DNA of 64,000 nucleotides from the NCBI GenBank assembly GCA_050251055.1, contig JBFWNL010000003.1, positions 224,001 to 288,000 on the forward strand. Direction: 5' to 3'. The stretch is from Bacteriovoracia bacterium. GTDB taxonomy: Bacteria > Bdellovibrionota > UBA1018 > JBFWNL01. Made by a program: the position numbers and the translations under genes. Below are positions 1 through 9,842 of the stretch, piece by piece. Under the pieces are notes generated by a model, which did not search any database, had not been told where the DNA came from, and was given only the letters and a program-made list of their open reading frames with translations. Position 1 is the stretch's first letter. Every line of letters starts with the position of its first letter.

Positions 1-1
1 T

Positions 2-337
2 GGCTCGACCGTGGTGGCATTCCAAATCTACTCCTTGGCCGATCGCCAACGAAACCTGATGGTCGCCCTATTTGACGAAGCCCTCGAACACCAAGCGCAC
101 GTAGAGCTCGGCAACACGCTGGCGAGCCGGCTCGCGGCCAATCTCGGCGCGGAGGTCGACGAAAGCATCTTGGTATCGCCGCCGATCGCGACGACCGATG
201 AATACATCGAAAAATTACTCGACTCCGGCAGCGTTTCACAGCTGTTCAGCTACGTGCTCAAGTCCTCGGATGGACCTCGAGCGGTGAACGTGCTGTTCTT
301 CTCGTTCCGCCCGCAAATGGAGCGGTTCCATGTTTAG
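2..337 (+). CDS. 5'-truncated CheC/CheX-like chemotaxis phosphatase-fold protein
   Basis: Frame is open to the window edge; ELGNTLASRLAANL...ILVSPP resembles the E-x-x-N motif and downstream SPP of CheC/CheX. Confidence 0.45.
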   Translation, partial: GSTVVAFQIYSLADRQRNLMVALFDEALEHQAHVELGNTLASRLAANLGAEVDESILVSPPIATTDEYIEKLLDSGSVSQLFSYVLKSSDGPRAVNVLFFSFRPQMERFHV

Positions 338-590
338 AATGATTGGCTGGATCTTTCGCGCGACGCTCGTCACGCTGGCCGTCCTGGTCTTCGGCAATGC
401 CGTCAGTTTGCGGGGTCGTACGGTGTCCGAGCACGTGCGCGTGCAAATGAATGAGATCGGAAAGACGTCCGCTGCGGCTCGCGTGCGGAGATGGCTCGCG
501 CGCGAGTCAAACGCCGCGACCAAGCCCGCCACGCCCGACTCCGTGTCGGCGCTTCTCAGGGAACTGAATTCTAAGCCCGTTCGCGATTAA
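330..590 (+). CDS. Small hypothetical membrane-anchored protein
   Basis: ATG overlaps the end of the upstream gene; N-terminal hydrophobic segment. Confidence 0.55.
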   Translation: MFRMIGWIFRATLVTLAVLVFGNAVSLRGRTVSEHVRVQMNEIGKTSAAARVRRWLARESNAATKPATPDSVSALLRELNSKPVRD

Positions 591-595
591 GCGAA

Positions 596-811
596 TTAGC
601 GCGCTTGCGCCGCGGAGGCTGCCTTCACGGCGCCCTTGGTTTCCAGGCGATCCAAAGCATCGATATCGACGTTGTTCTTCAGCATCGCCGCCGTCACTTC
701 ACAAAACGCCGAGCGAGCGTCGGTCGGGGAAGAAAGCTCTTCCGCGCGGACGCTGATCGCTGCCATATTCAGTCCGAATACCACGATGGCCAACCACAAC
801 AAGTTTTTCAT
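596..811 (-). CDS. Small secreted protein (71 aa, Sec signal peptide, single Cys)
   Basis: MKNLLWLAIVVFGLNMAAISVRA signal peptide; GAGGAG RBS upstream; own sigma54 promoter. Confidence 0.75.
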   Translation of the reverse strand: MKNLLWLAIVVFGLNMAAISVRAEELSSPTDARSAFCEVTAAMLKNNVDIDALDRLETKGAVKAASAAQAR

Positions 812-914
812 GGCTCACTACTCCTCTGTTCTCTGCTTCTTCAACTCTGCTACTACAGCACTGGCGGCTCTTGAGAGTCCCTCTCGGGAGTCACCAGTAG
901 ATAAGGGTAGGTAG

Positions 915-931
915 TGCAACACCGGTGCCAC
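915..931 (-). promoter_or_regulatory. Sigma54 -24/-12 promoter
   Basis: Minus strand GTGGCAC-CGGTG-TTGCA matches TGGCAC-N5-TTGCW. Confidence 0.8.
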
Positions 932-1092
932 GTTGACACAGGCCTAGGTCGTCGATCTGTTTGGTTTTTTCCCGGCGCTGGATTTGCGGGGGGTGGGTCG
1001 ATTTCGACAGCCACCGATCAGCTGTAAACTCTTTGATCAGGCGGGGAAGCGGCGGAACGGCGAGAATAGCGTGGGCAGGTTTCCAAAAAAAC

Positions 1093-1123
1093 AAAAAGGC
1101 CCACGTGGTACTCCACGTGGGCC
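1093..1123 (-). terminator. Intrinsic terminator downstream of the 1149..1334 gene
   Basis: Perfect 11-bp stem GGCCCACGTGG/CCACGTGGGCC, 4-nt loop, T-run on the minus strand. Confidence 0.8.
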
Positions 1124-1148
1124 CTATAGGTAAGTCTAAAACTTTTTA

Positions 1149-1334
1149 TTAGATCGCGGAATCGGCCGCAGGAGCGCCCACCGGAGGCACCGGCACTGGA
1201 GTGCCAGGCTGACCAACGACAGTGGGGGTCTTCACGGTTTCATCGGCGGCTACGGTGCAGTTGCCTTTCACTTCCCCGGCGAAAGCGGGAGCGGCCATCA
1301 CGAGCGCCAAGATCATCAAAGTAATTTTCTTCAT
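1149..1334 (-). CDS. Small secreted Pro/Ala/Val-rich, probably disordered protein (61 aa); positional equivalent of Bdellovibrio hit-locus Bd0108
   Basis: MKKITLMILALVMAAPAFA signal peptide; GGAGGAG RBS before ATG 1334; directly downstream of the YD-repeat gene. Confidence 0.8.
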   Translation of the reverse strand: MKKITLMILALVMAAPAFAGEVKGNCTVAADETVKTPTVVGQPGTPVPVPPVGAPAADSAI

Positions 1335-1374
1335 AACCAATCTCTCCTCCAAAAAAACCTTCCACCCACTATAA

Positions 1375-1391
1375 AGCAAGCAAGGTGCCAA
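1375..1391 (-). promoter_or_regulatory. Sigma54 -24/-12 promoter
   Basis: Minus strand TTGGCAC-CTTGC-TTGCT, perfect consensus. Confidence 0.85.
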
Positions 1392-1451
1392 GCTCCGTCC
1401 CGAAAAGCCCTGGCTTTACCGGGGTTTAGCCGAACCCACGGCCGGCAAAGC

Positions 1452-1466
1452 GTCTAATGATTAGAC
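1452..1466. promoter_or_regulatory. Palindromic candidate enhancer (bEBP UAS) GTCTAATGATTAGAC
   Basis: Perfect 7-bp inverted repeat ~60 bp upstream of a sigma54 promoter; related motif at 37599, 39704 and 56759. Confidence 0.55.
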
Positions 1467-1475
1467 AGCTGCCGA

Positions 1476-3194
1476 TCAGAACGAGAGATTCACGCCCGCC
1501 GGACGAATGATATCCAGTAACGTCTGGAACGCCGTCGTGACCTGCATGGCGATTTTCCGTCCCGCCGTGGAATCCACGTTCTTGATCTCGCCCGAATTCG
1601 TATAAGCCACGTTGATCGCGCCCAGTTGGGGATCGGTGATCTTGATCGGCTTGGAGTTCTCGTTGTATTCGAACTTCAGCACGCGGTTGGACTTATCGCG
1701 CATGCGGGCGATGCGGCCCTGGGTATCGTAAAACAGCTGAACGAAACGCGCGTCGGAATCCTTGGCCGTCACCAGATTGCATTTCGGATCGTACTTGAAG
1801 CTCGACCATTTCTTCTTCTGAGTCAGTTTCGAATAGAGCTGAACGTGCGTTACTTTCCCGCAAGATTTGTCGTAAGCCAGGCGCTTCACTTCGGTCGGTC
1901 CGGACTTTTCCGTCACGTGTCCCTTGGTGTCGTACTTGAACGCCGTAACTTCCTTGCCCCGCTTGATCATGATGGGCATGCCGCAGCACTCGTTGAAAAT
2001 GGTTTCGGTGCGATCGCCATCGATCGTCGTGGCCAGGCTGTAATTGTAGAGCTCACCCGTATCCTTGACCTTCATTACGTATTCGTAGGTGCTACGCGAA
2101 ACGACCTTGCCGCCTTTGGTCTTGACGTCCACACCCACGGTGAAGTGATTACGATCGCTGTCCTTGTACTTGTAGCTATACTCGGTCAGCGTACCGTCAC
2201 GATCCTTGAGGCTCTTGACGTTCTGGTTCAGGTCCTTTCCGAAATACTCCACGTTCATGCTCGAGTTGTCGGCATACCCGATCTTCGTCAAGTTGTGCCA
2301 CTGGTCCGTGCTGTATTCGTAAGTGTAGACGTTGGCGTCGGTATCCTTGCAGTAAACCAGCTCGTTCTGCTTATTATACTTATAAACCGCCTTCTTGCCG
2401 TTGAGGCCTTCCACGCTTTCCACCAGGCCTTGGCTGTTGAACGTGAAGTAGATCTTGCGGCTGAAGTTGTCTTCGATCTTGTTGAGGTGATTGTCCTTGC
2501 CGTAGGTAAACACGATGAAGTTATTATTCTTGTCGGTGACCTTGCCCAAACGTCCCGCTTCGTTGAAACGCTCCACGCGTCCGTTATCGAAGCTACGCAC
2601 GTAACCGCCGGCCACTTTCGTCAAAAACTGGTAGCTGAATCGATTCGAGGTAAACTGCGTGCCGTCCTTAACCGTGCGCGCCTTAAGGAGGCCCTTGGCG
2701 ACGAACCCTTCCCAGGTTTCATTCCGGAAGATGGCGTCGGTGCTGAGTTTCTTCTTGAAGGCGTCGATCTGGGCCTTAGCCGTCACCATGCCCTGTTTCT
2801 TGGCCGTCTCGGTGAGGCTGTCGACCGCGGTAGCGAGCTCCGCCTTATTGAAACCGACGGGGGTAAAGCGATTCTGGGCGCCCCCGCCGTACTCGTTCAC
2901 GACCACGCTGCCGTCGGCGGACACCGTGAGGTAAACTTCGTACTCGGTGCCCCAGCCGTAACCGAAGATCCCTTGGAAGCCGGTCTTGGAGTTGTAAACC
3001 CGCTCGACCTTCGGCTCGAATCCGCCGGGATAATAAAGATCGCGGTACGCGACGAAAAAATTACCGTTCTTGAGACTCACGTTCGACGAGGCGGTCGGAG
3101 CCAAGGCCAATCCGAAAACCAATCCCAAGCCGGCGCCGATTTTCGCCGAGCCACGTACCAAGCCAGAAAAATGACGGACCATGATTACCCCCAC
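1476..3194 (-). CDS. Secreted DUF6531 + YD/RHS-repeat protein (Bd0109-like) lacking a C-terminal toxin
   Basis: Signal peptide; NVSLKNGNF...ERVYNS...GIFGYGW DUF6531 signature; repeated YD/YN-xxG motifs; no DPxG motif near the C-terminus; start may be ATG 3182. Confidence 0.85.
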   Translation of the reverse strand: MGVIMVRHFSGLVRGSAKIGAGLGLVFGLALAPTASSNVSLKNGNFFVAYRDLYYPGGFEPKVERVYNSKTGFQGIFGYGWGTEYEVYLTVSADGSVVVNEYGGGAQNRFTPVGFNKAELATAVDSLTETAKKQGMVTAKAQIDAFKKKLSTDAIFRNETWEGFVAKGLLKARTVKDGTQFTSNRFSYQFLTKVAGGYVRSFDNGRVERFNEAGRLGKVTDKNNNFIVFTYGKDNHLNKIEDNFSRKIYFTFNSQGLVESVEGLNGKKAVYKYNKQNELVYCKDTDANVYTYEYSTDQWHNLTKIGYADNSSMNVEYFGKDLNQNVKSLKDRDGTLTEYSYKYKDSDRNHFTVGVDVKTKGGKVVSRSTYEYVMKVKDTGELYNYSLATTIDGDRTETIFNECCGMPIMIKRGKEVTAFKYDTKGHVTEKSGPTEVKRLAYDKSCGKVTHVQLYSKLTQKKKWSSFKYDPKCNLVTAKDSDARFVQLFYDTQGRIARMRDKSNRVLKFEYNENSKPIKITDPQLGAINVAYTNSGEIKNVDSTAGRKIAMQVTTAFQTLLDIIRPAGVNLSF

Positions 3195-3217
3195 GAAAAA
3201 TAACTTTCCTCTCTGTA

Positions 3218-4081
3218 CTATACGTCAATATTGACGATTTTCCTTATGACAAAAGAACCGACGATTAGATTTAACAAGATCCCGAACAGAATGATCCAAC
3301 CAAGATTCGTCTGCACGAGCGGGCTGATGAATTCAGGATCGGTGTAATAAAGCACGAGGCCCATCACGGGAGGGACCGCGAGCAAAATCATGCCTTGGGT
3401 CTTCGCTTGGGCCGTGAGCGCGTCGATCTTGTTTTCCACCTTGATGCGCTCGCGAAGCGTGTTGACGATCGTATCGAAAGTTTCCGCCAAGTTCCCGCCA
3501 GTTTCCTTCAAAATATTGACGGAGGTAACGAACATCTCCACATCGTCAGACTCGACCCGTTTAGACAGGTTCAAAAAGGCCTCCTCGAGCGGAACACCGA
3601 GCTTGTTCTGGCTTAAGATCAAGCTGAACTCCTGCTTAATGGGATTCGGCATTTCGTTCACCACCAAGCCCATGGCTTGACTAATGGATAGACCCGATTT
3701 CATCCCGTTAGCCATCAAGGCAAGGGCGTCGATCATCTGGAGAACGAACTTTTTCACGCGCCGGCCATAGAGATAGTCAACGATGGGCTTGGGCGCGCGC
3801 CACCCCAAGGCGGTTACGGTCGCTCCGAATAAAAACCCCGGGATCACCTTGGGCAAAAGCAATAGGAACACGAGCGCGCCCGAGCCAAAGCTGATTACGA
3901 ACTGCCCCACGAGGATGTAATTTGAAGGCAGCTCCACGAACATGATGGAAAGCTTCTCGACGATGTAGTCGCGGGTTCCCAACGACTGGAAACGCAGCCA
4001 CTCCAAGAAACGTTTGTTGTACGAGTACGTCAGACCGAATGCGGCCACGCCAAACGTCAAGTATGCGATGTACTTCAACAT
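3218..4081 (-). CDS. tadB: Tad pilus inner-membrane platform protein TadB (T2SS F family)
   Basis: ANGMKSGLSISQA...ETGGNLAETFDTI...RERIK motifs; TM segments; follows tadA. Confidence 0.9.
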   Translation of the reverse strand: MLKYIAYLTFGVAAFGLTYSYNKRFLEWLRFQSLGTRDYIVEKLSIMFVELPSNYILVGQFVISFGSGALVFLLLLPKVIPGFLFGATVTALGWRAPKPIVDYLYGRRVKKFVLQMIDALALMANGMKSGLSISQAMGLVVNEMPNPIKQEFSLILSQNKLGVPLEEAFLNLSKRVESDDVEMFVTSVNILKETGGNLAETFDTIVNTLRERIKVENKIDALTAQAKTQGMILLAVPPVMGLVLYYTDPEFISPLVQTNLGWIILFGILLNLIVGSFVIRKIVNIDV

Positions 4082-4090
4082 GCCGTTCCC

Positions 4091-6262
4091 CTATTTCGCC
4101 GCGAACAGACCGCGCGAAATCTTCATGCCCTTGGCTTCCATGTCCTCCACGAACTTCGGAACGAAGCCCGTCGGCACGAAACGACCGAGCACTTTGCGTT
4201 TCTTGTCCAAACCTTCCTGACGGAACTCGAAAATATCCGTGAGGGTAATCACATCGCCCTGCATTCCGTTCACTTCCGTGATCGCCGTAACCTTGCGGGA
4301 CCCGTCGCTCAAACGGCTTTGCTGAATAATCAGATGCACCGCAGAAGCGATGGTTTCCTTGATCGCCTTGGAAGACAAGCCTAGGCCCGCCATCATAACG
4401 AGCGTCTCCAGGCGGGAAATCGCTTCGCGCGGGTTGTTCGCGTGAATGGTCGTGAGTGACCCGTCGTGGCCAGTGTTCATCGCCTGCAGCATGTCCAAAG
4501 CCGCGCCGTCACGGCACTCGCCAACCACGATGCGCTCCGGGCGCATACGCAACGAAGCCTTGACGAGATCGCGGATGGTGACCTCGCCTTCGCCTTCGAT
4601 GTTCTTCGGCCGCGACTCCAGGCGCACCACGTGATCTTGGCCCAGCTGCAACTCGGCGGAGTCCTCGATGGTAATAATGCGCTCGTTCTGCGGAATAAAA
4701 TTAGACAGCACGTTGAGCAGAGTCGTCTTACCGGAGCCGGTGCCCCCGGAAACCACGATATTCAAACGCGCTTCGACGCAGCAGCGCAGAAAGTCGGCGA
4801 TCTCCTGGGTCATGGATCCAAAGCCGATCAGGTCCTTGGCGACGATGCGTTTCTTGGGGAATTTACGGATAGTGATGGTCGGTCCCCGCAAAGCCAGCGG
4901 GGGAATGATGATATGGACGCGAGAGCCATCGGGCAGGCGCGCGTCCACGAAGGGAACCTTTTCATCCACGCGCCGACCGAGCGGGGTGACGATACGCTCG
5001 ATCACGTTGCGCATCTGCAGCTCACTCGAAAACGTCACCTTCGACATCTGCGGCTTGCCGGCGCGTTCGATATAGATCTGATCGCGGGCATTGACCATGA
5101 TTTCCGTCACGCTCTCGTCTGCGAGCAAGTCCTCAAGGGGCCCCAAGCCCAAGGCCTCGTCCAAAACCTCCTTAAGCATCTGGCTTTTCAGCTCGCGCGT
5201 ATTCAGGAGCGTTTCGGTGTCTTCGGTGGCCATGATATCCAGGATGCCCTTACGGGTCTTTTCGTAGAGGATTTTGCGCTGTTTGGGATCGTTGCTTTCG
5301 GTATTGGTGTTCTTGAGATCCATCGTCTCCACCAAGGCCTTGTGGATCCGCAGCTTCATCGCCGTCCAAGGATCAATTGGCGCGGAAAGGCTGCGCCCCC
5401 CCGGCCCGCTTCCTTCGGAAGCCGATCCGCCTTCGGCACCCGCGACATCCTGGGTCTTCAGAAGGGTCTGCGTCTTAGCGACCAGCCCCGTTGGTTTTTT
5501 TAACTGGGACAAGGTCTCGAGCAATTTTCCTTGCTGGATTTTGCGAACCAGGTCGCTGTAGGCACGCGCGATAGGGGCGCTCGGGGCGGCCAGACAGAGC
5601 GGAATGCCTTTGGCGAGCGAACCATCGCACGTCGTGACGTCGTCCGGAATGGCGGCGTAGATCGGTCGGTTCAGATTTTTCTGGATGATCTGCGGATTGA
5701 TGAGGTTCGCCTGCGAATACTTGTTCACGATGATCTGCACCATTTCAGGAGGGAAGAGCAGCTCCTGAATCTTGCCCAAAATGCGCTTGGTCTGGTTGAC
5801 CACGATGACATCCGCGGTAGTCACCACGAAGATCGCGGTAGCGAACTCCAGCGTCTTCATCACGTGCGCGTCCATCGTGCTACCGCAGTCGACCACGACC
5901 AGGCTGAACACGTTCGTGACCGCCTTGAAAAAACGGCCCAGTCCATCCAGATCCAAATCGGCCACCGCAAAGGCTTCGCGAGGCGCGGCTATGTAGCTAT
6001 AGCCCGCCGGTGAGTTAGTCATGTACGGGGCCAGCGTCTTGGGATCGATCGGGCCCGGGGGCATGCGCGTGACGTCGACGATCGACTGCTTCGGGTTTTG
6101 GCCCAAGATGATGTTCTGGTCGCCCAGGCTGTTGAGATCCAGGTCGACGATCAGCGGGCGCTGCTTGAAGTTCTGGAGGTATGCGATTGAAAGGTTGGCC
6201 GCGAGCACGCTCTTGCCCACGCCGCCCTTTCCGCCTACCACCGCTATGATATGACCCGGCAT
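4091..6262 (-). CDS. tadA: CpaE/TadZ (MinD-like)-TadA/CpaF ATPase fusion
   Basis: N-terminal GGKGGVGKS deviant Walker A; C-terminal [38 protein letters not shown]. Confidence 0.92.
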   Translation of the reverse strand: MPGHIIAVVGGKGGVGKSVLAANLSIAYLQNFKQRPLIVDLDLNSLGDQNIILGQNPKQSIVDVTRMPPGPIDPKTLAPYMTNSPAGYSYIAAPREAFAVADLDLDGLGRFFKAVTNVFSLVVVDCGSTMDAHVMKTLEFATAIFVVTTADVIVVNQTKRILGKIQELLFPPEMVQIIVNKYSQANLINPQIIQKNLNRPIYAAIPDDVTTCDGSLAKGIPLCLAAPSAPIARAYSDLVRKIQQGKLLETLSQLKKPTGLVAKTQTLLKTQDVAGAEGGSASEGSGPGGRSLSAPIDPWTAMKLRIHKALVETMDLKNTNTESNDPKQRKILYEKTRKGILDIMATEDTETLLNTRELKSQMLKEVLDEALGLGPLEDLLADESVTEIMVNARDQIYIERAGKPQMSKVTFSSELQMRNVIERIVTPLGRRVDEKVPFVDARLPDGSRVHIIIPPLALRGPTITIRKFPKKRIVAKDLIGFGSMTQEIADFLRCCVEARLNIVVSGGTGSGKTTLLNVLSNFIPQNERIITIEDSAELQLGQDHVVRLESRPKNIEGEGEVTIRDLVKASLRMRPERIVVGECRDGAALDMLQAMNTGHDGSLTTIHANNPREAISRLETLVMMAGLGLSSKAIKETIASAVHLIIQQSRLSDGSRKVTAITEVNGMQGDVITLTDIFEFRQEGLDKKRKVLGRFVPTGFVPKFVEDMEAKGMKISRGLFAAK

Positions 6263-6270
6263 TCGACTCC

Positions 6271-7881
6271 CTATTTCACCTTGACCCGGAAGTTCTTTTC
6301 CAAGTCCTTCGTTCCCTGTGAAGCGTTCGCGATGATCTGGGGGGTGACGAAGATCACGAACTGCGACTTCTTCTTCGAGTAAGCTTTTGAGCGCAGCAAG
6401 CTGAACAACGGACTCGTCGTCGGATTGGCGAATCCGCCCGCGGCCGGGTCGTCCTTATTGAAGTTCGTCTGCACATCCGCCGAATTTACACCCGCCAAAG
6501 CCGCGCTTTCGTTGGATTTGATGTAAACCTTGGTCGTGACCTCATGCTGGGCCGTGATGGGCGCCGTGCCCGCCTTACCGACTAAGTTCGACTGCTTGAG
6601 CTCGAGGTCCATCGAGATATCCTCGCTCTGGCCGACGATCGCCGGGGTAATCTTGAAGGAAATTCCGACCCCTGCGGTGGAGGTGGCGACCTCGCCATTT
6701 GGTCCCTGCACCGCGAACGGAATCTGCGTTTCGTCGCGCAACACGCCAGACTCGCGGTTGCGGATCACGAGGGTACCCGTCTTAAGGATCCGGGCGAAAC
6801 CTGCGTTCTGCGCGCTTTGCAGCTTGGGAAAGAGGCTCGAGAGCGTCGCCGTAAAAGAGGCCGTGGTGGAGCTATCCGCGCCGCTACTACCCGTGCCCGT
6901 GGTGCCCACGGTCACCTGCGGATCGGCGGTGAAGCCGGGCTGCCACTTGAATCCGAAGACGTCTTGGTAGTCTTTGGAGAGCTCCACGAAGTGCACCGTG
7001 ATACGCACCAATTTTTCCTGCTTCTTCTGGGGCGGTGGATTCACGACCATGAAGTTCTGAATGAGGCTTTGCGGAGGCAGGCGCTGCGCGGTGGCGTCGG
7101 CGGCCAGTGCGTTGCCGGGCCGAATCTCCGGAATATATTGGAAAGCGATGCGCTCTACGCGCTTGGCCTGATCGACCCGATCCACGGTTCCTTCAAGCCA
7201 AATACGGCCGTTCACCACGCGAGTGGTAACGTTCGGAGCGATCGCGTTCACGTCCTTCTTGATCCGGTCCGCCAGGTACTGCAGCGCAATTGGCGAGAGC
7301 GTGACGAGGTTCAGGACGTTTTCCCCGTAAGTCTTGTCCGAAAGGATTTGCGATAGGCGCGCGTAGTCGGCGGGGACCAGCACCTCGCCATCGATTACGA
7401 TCTTTGTGCCCATGATGCGCGTCTTAACGCCCTCTACGTCGCGAAGCAGGGCTTCGATTTCAGCCTGTGTTTTCGTGAGGTGGGTCGCCGCCACCTGAAC
7501 GTGGAAAATCAGGCGCAGGTTGCCCTTGTCGTCACGCACGGAAACGTTGGTTTCGCCCGGCTTGAGTGGCTTGAAGATCAGCTGCCGGCGATCGCCGTCA
7601 CTGATGCGCACGAAGGTGGTCTTCACGACGGTCTCGTTACCCGAGGTGATGCCGCCCGGATCCACGTTGGCGTCGAAGTCCAAATCGATCACCCGATCCT
7701 CGCCCTGCACGAGCAGGACTTCGCGCCGGTCCGCATCTCTTTCCGAGCGATCGCTCGTTAGGCGCGGCTTGGCCGGAGGTTTCGCGCCCGAATCCGGCGC
7801 CCAAGCTCCAACACAAACCCAGGCGCACGCCGCCACCGCGACCGCCCACCCAGATTTCAAGCCTTTGCGTCTACTCAACAC
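6271..7881 (-). CDS. cpaC: Tad secretin CpaC/RcpA with pilus-formation N domain and BON-like domains
   Basis: Signal peptide; KPGETNVSV N-domain; VHFVELSK...FGFKW and FVIFVTPQII secretin motifs. Confidence 0.85.
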   Translation of the reverse strand: MLSRRKGLKSGWAVAVAACAWVCVGAWAPDSGAKPPAKPRLTSDRSERDADRREVLLVQGEDRVIDLDFDANVDPGGITSGNETVVKTTFVRISDGDRRQLIFKPLKPGETNVSVRDDKGNLRLIFHVQVAATHLTKTQAEIEALLRDVEGVKTRIMGTKIVIDGEVLVPADYARLSQILSDKTYGENVLNLVTLSPIALQYLADRIKKDVNAIAPNVTTRVVNGRIWLEGTVDRVDQAKRVERIAFQYIPEIRPGNALAADATAQRLPPQSLIQNFMVVNPPPQKKQEKLVRITVHFVELSKDYQDVFGFKWQPGFTADPQVTVGTTGTGSSGADSSTTASFTATLSSLFPKLQSAQNAGFARILKTGTLVIRNRESGVLRDETQIPFAVQGPNGEVATSTAGVGISFKITPAIVGQSEDISMDLELKQSNLVGKAGTAPITAQHEVTTKVYIKSNESAALAGVNSADVQTNFNKDDPAAGGFANPTTSPLFSLLRSKAYSKKKSQFVIFVTPQIIANASQGTKDLEKNFRVKVK

Positions 7882-7885
7882 GCCG

Positions 7886-8725
7886 TTATCTCCTCAACCC
7901 GTTGTTGGCCGGCAGGCGCGCGGCATCCCCGAGCACGTCTTGCATGCTGAGGCCGGGCGCCGAAACCCGATCGTTGTCGTCGTTGTTGCGCAAGGAAAGC
8001 GCGATCGTGTTCTTGTTGTCGGCCGCGATGAGCGCGAGCTTCTGGGCGTCGCCCGGCTCGACCTCCACCGTCACGGAAGCGAACCCGTCGAAGCGCGTAA
8101 GCGACTTCAAGCTCATCTTGTTGTCTCCCATCGAGTCTTCCAGCACGCGGGCCACGTTGTTGGTGACGTTGCGGCCCACGGCGAGCACGCCCACATCCTG
8201 CAATACCGTTTTGGCCACCTTCACGGCGCCCAGACCCACGCCTACTTCCATCACGGCAATCAAGTCTACCCGGTCGCCAGGCTTCACAAGCTTGCCCACG
8301 CCGGTTACCTCGTTCACGGGAATGGTCACCGCCCGACGTCCCGGCGTCACCTGCGGGGCGAGCCCCGTGCGAATGCTGGGTTCAGTAAGCTTGTTGTAGG
8401 TCAGCTGTTCGCCTTTTTTGATGGGCACGATAGCGACGGAACCCGACAGCGCGCGCATGTCCTTCGGGAGCGAATCATCGTCCTTCACCTTCTGGTTGAA
8501 CCAAACCGACGCCGGCTCTAAAAACTGCTTTGGAACGCTCTTCATCTCGAGCATGTTTTCGGTAATGGTGTCCATCTCGCGGATGTCCTTGGCGGCGACG
8601 ACCACCAGGACCTGCGTCCCGAACTTCTTCTCGGCCTCGTTCTCGATGCTGCTCACGTAAGTCTGCATGAAGAACACCGCCAAGCCGGCCATGAAGATGG
8701 ATAGTACAATCGCGCGGTTATTCAT
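7886..8725 (-). CDS. cpaB: Flp pilus assembly protein CpaB/RcpC
   Basis: SAF domain VVVAAKDI; GRRAVTIPV...VKPGDRVDLI; VLQDVGVLAVG. Confidence 0.92.
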   Translation of the reverse strand: MNNRAIVLSIFMAGLAVFFMQTYVSSIENEAEKKFGTQVLVVVAAKDIREMDTITENMLEMKSVPKQFLEPASVWFNQKVKDDDSLPKDMRALSGSVAIVPIKKGEQLTYNKLTEPSIRTGLAPQVTPGRRAVTIPVNEVTGVGKLVKPGDRVDLIAVMEVGVGLGAVKVAKTVLQDVGVLAVGRNVTNNVARVLEDSMGDNKMSLKSLTRFDGFASVTVEVEPGDAQKLALIAADNKNTIALSLRNNDDNDRVSAPGLSMQDVLGDAARLPANNGLRR

Positions 8726-9237
8726 CAGTAAGGCCTCCCACAGTAGGTGGGTGAAACATCATTGGTTACGACGGAATTCGATTGCGTGCAGATCGCGACG
8801 GTGTTGCGGATGCGCACGTTCGCGCGCTGGGCGCGCGGATCGCCCGGGTCATCCAATCCCGCTGGCACCCGCTGTCCCGGGCGGGTGATCGCCTGGATGC
8901 TCGCCTCCGGAATATAAGCGCCTTCATTGTCGGCGTCGGGCGCGAGGTTGTTGGTCACGCCGACGACCATCATGCCGACGTTTTGCTCCCGCATGCGCAC
9001 GGCCACCCGTTTACTCAGCTCGGGAAACGTCGGGCTATTGAAAGCCAGGAACAAAGCCTGCGCGCGTGCGTACTGCTGGTTGACGATGGACATCTGGATC
9101 GCCGTATTCACGCGGACCAACGTGACGGTGACACCGACGAGAATGGGTAATAAAAATAGGAATTCGAGGACGCTTTGGCCTCGAGAGTCGGACGCGAATT
9201 GCTCCGGGCGCGACGCCCGCCTAACATCCGTTATCAA
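8725..9237 (-). CDS. TadE-like pseudopilin
   Basis: RG/QSVLEFLFLLP prepilin cleavage motif plus hydrophobic helix. Confidence 0.75.
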   Translation of the reverse strand: MITDVRRASRPEQFASDSRGQSVLEFLFLLPILVGVTVTLVRVNTAIQMSIVNQQYARAQALFLAFNSPTFPELSKRVAVRMREQNVGMMVVGVTNNLAPDADNEGAYIPEASIQAITRPGQRVPAGLDDPGDPRAQRANVRIRNTVAICTQSNSVVTNDVSPTYCGRPY

Positions 9238-9835
9238 AAATCGCTCCTACCGAGTCCCCGTCCGCCCCACGCAGGGCATCCAGGAACTGGTCACATTCAT
9301 CAAAACTGGGTTCGCGGCCCAACCAGCTCTCCGACGTCAATTCAATGGCGCTCGCGGTAGTGCCTCCCAGTGGGATCCTGATGAGTCTCCCTCGAAAGGT
9401 GTATCGGACTCCGTCTTGCCAACTTAAAGCCCTATTTTTCTTGTCCGTTACGCCCTGTTTGCCGAATCCGACCTCCGCGCCGGTGACCTCTTCGACCCCT
9501 TCCCGGGCGCCCGCCCCGACATTCTGGCCCTTCACCAGGCCGGGCCAACGATCCAGGGTGGAACCGTCCTTCTTGAGCATCTGCTTGAGGACGGCGTTGG
9601 CGTTTTCGAACTGCTGCGACGGCGATCCCGTGGCCGAGAGGTAGGCCCGCGCCGCCATAAAAGTGGCGTAATGAACGTAGTTCCCCGCCGCGAACATCAA
9701 GGCGAGCTGCAGGAAAAACAGTACGAAGAAAAACATGATGGAGAGCGTAAGAATGAACTCGAGCACGGACTGCCCGGAGCGGCCGAGTTTTCTGGCCTCA
9801 CTTTTCTCGCGCCCACGCGCACCACCCGGAAACAT
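9221..9835 (-). CDS. TadE-like pseudopilin
   Basis: SG/QSVLEFILTL motif; YATFMAARAY TadE signature. Confidence 0.8.
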   Translation of the reverse strand: MFPGGARGREKSEARKLGRSGQSVLEFILTLSIMFFFVLFFLQLALMFAAGNYVHYATFMAARAYLSATGSPSQQFENANAVLKQMLKKDGSTLDRWPGLVKGQNVGAGAREGVEEVTGAEVGFGKQGVTDKKNRALSWQDGVRYTFRGRLIRIPLGGTTASAIELTSESWLGREPSFDECDQFLDALRGADGDSVGAIFDNGC

Positions 9836-9842
9836 ACGTTAC

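Noticed and set aside
1476-3194. RHS polymorphic toxin with downstream immunity gene
   Set aside because: No RHS core terminator (DPxG) or toxin domain; the downstream small gene has its own promoter and signal peptide
1626-3203. 525-aa plus-strand ORF opposite the YD-repeat gene
   Set aside because: Antisense shadow typical of high-GC codon bias; no motif, while the minus strand has clear domains
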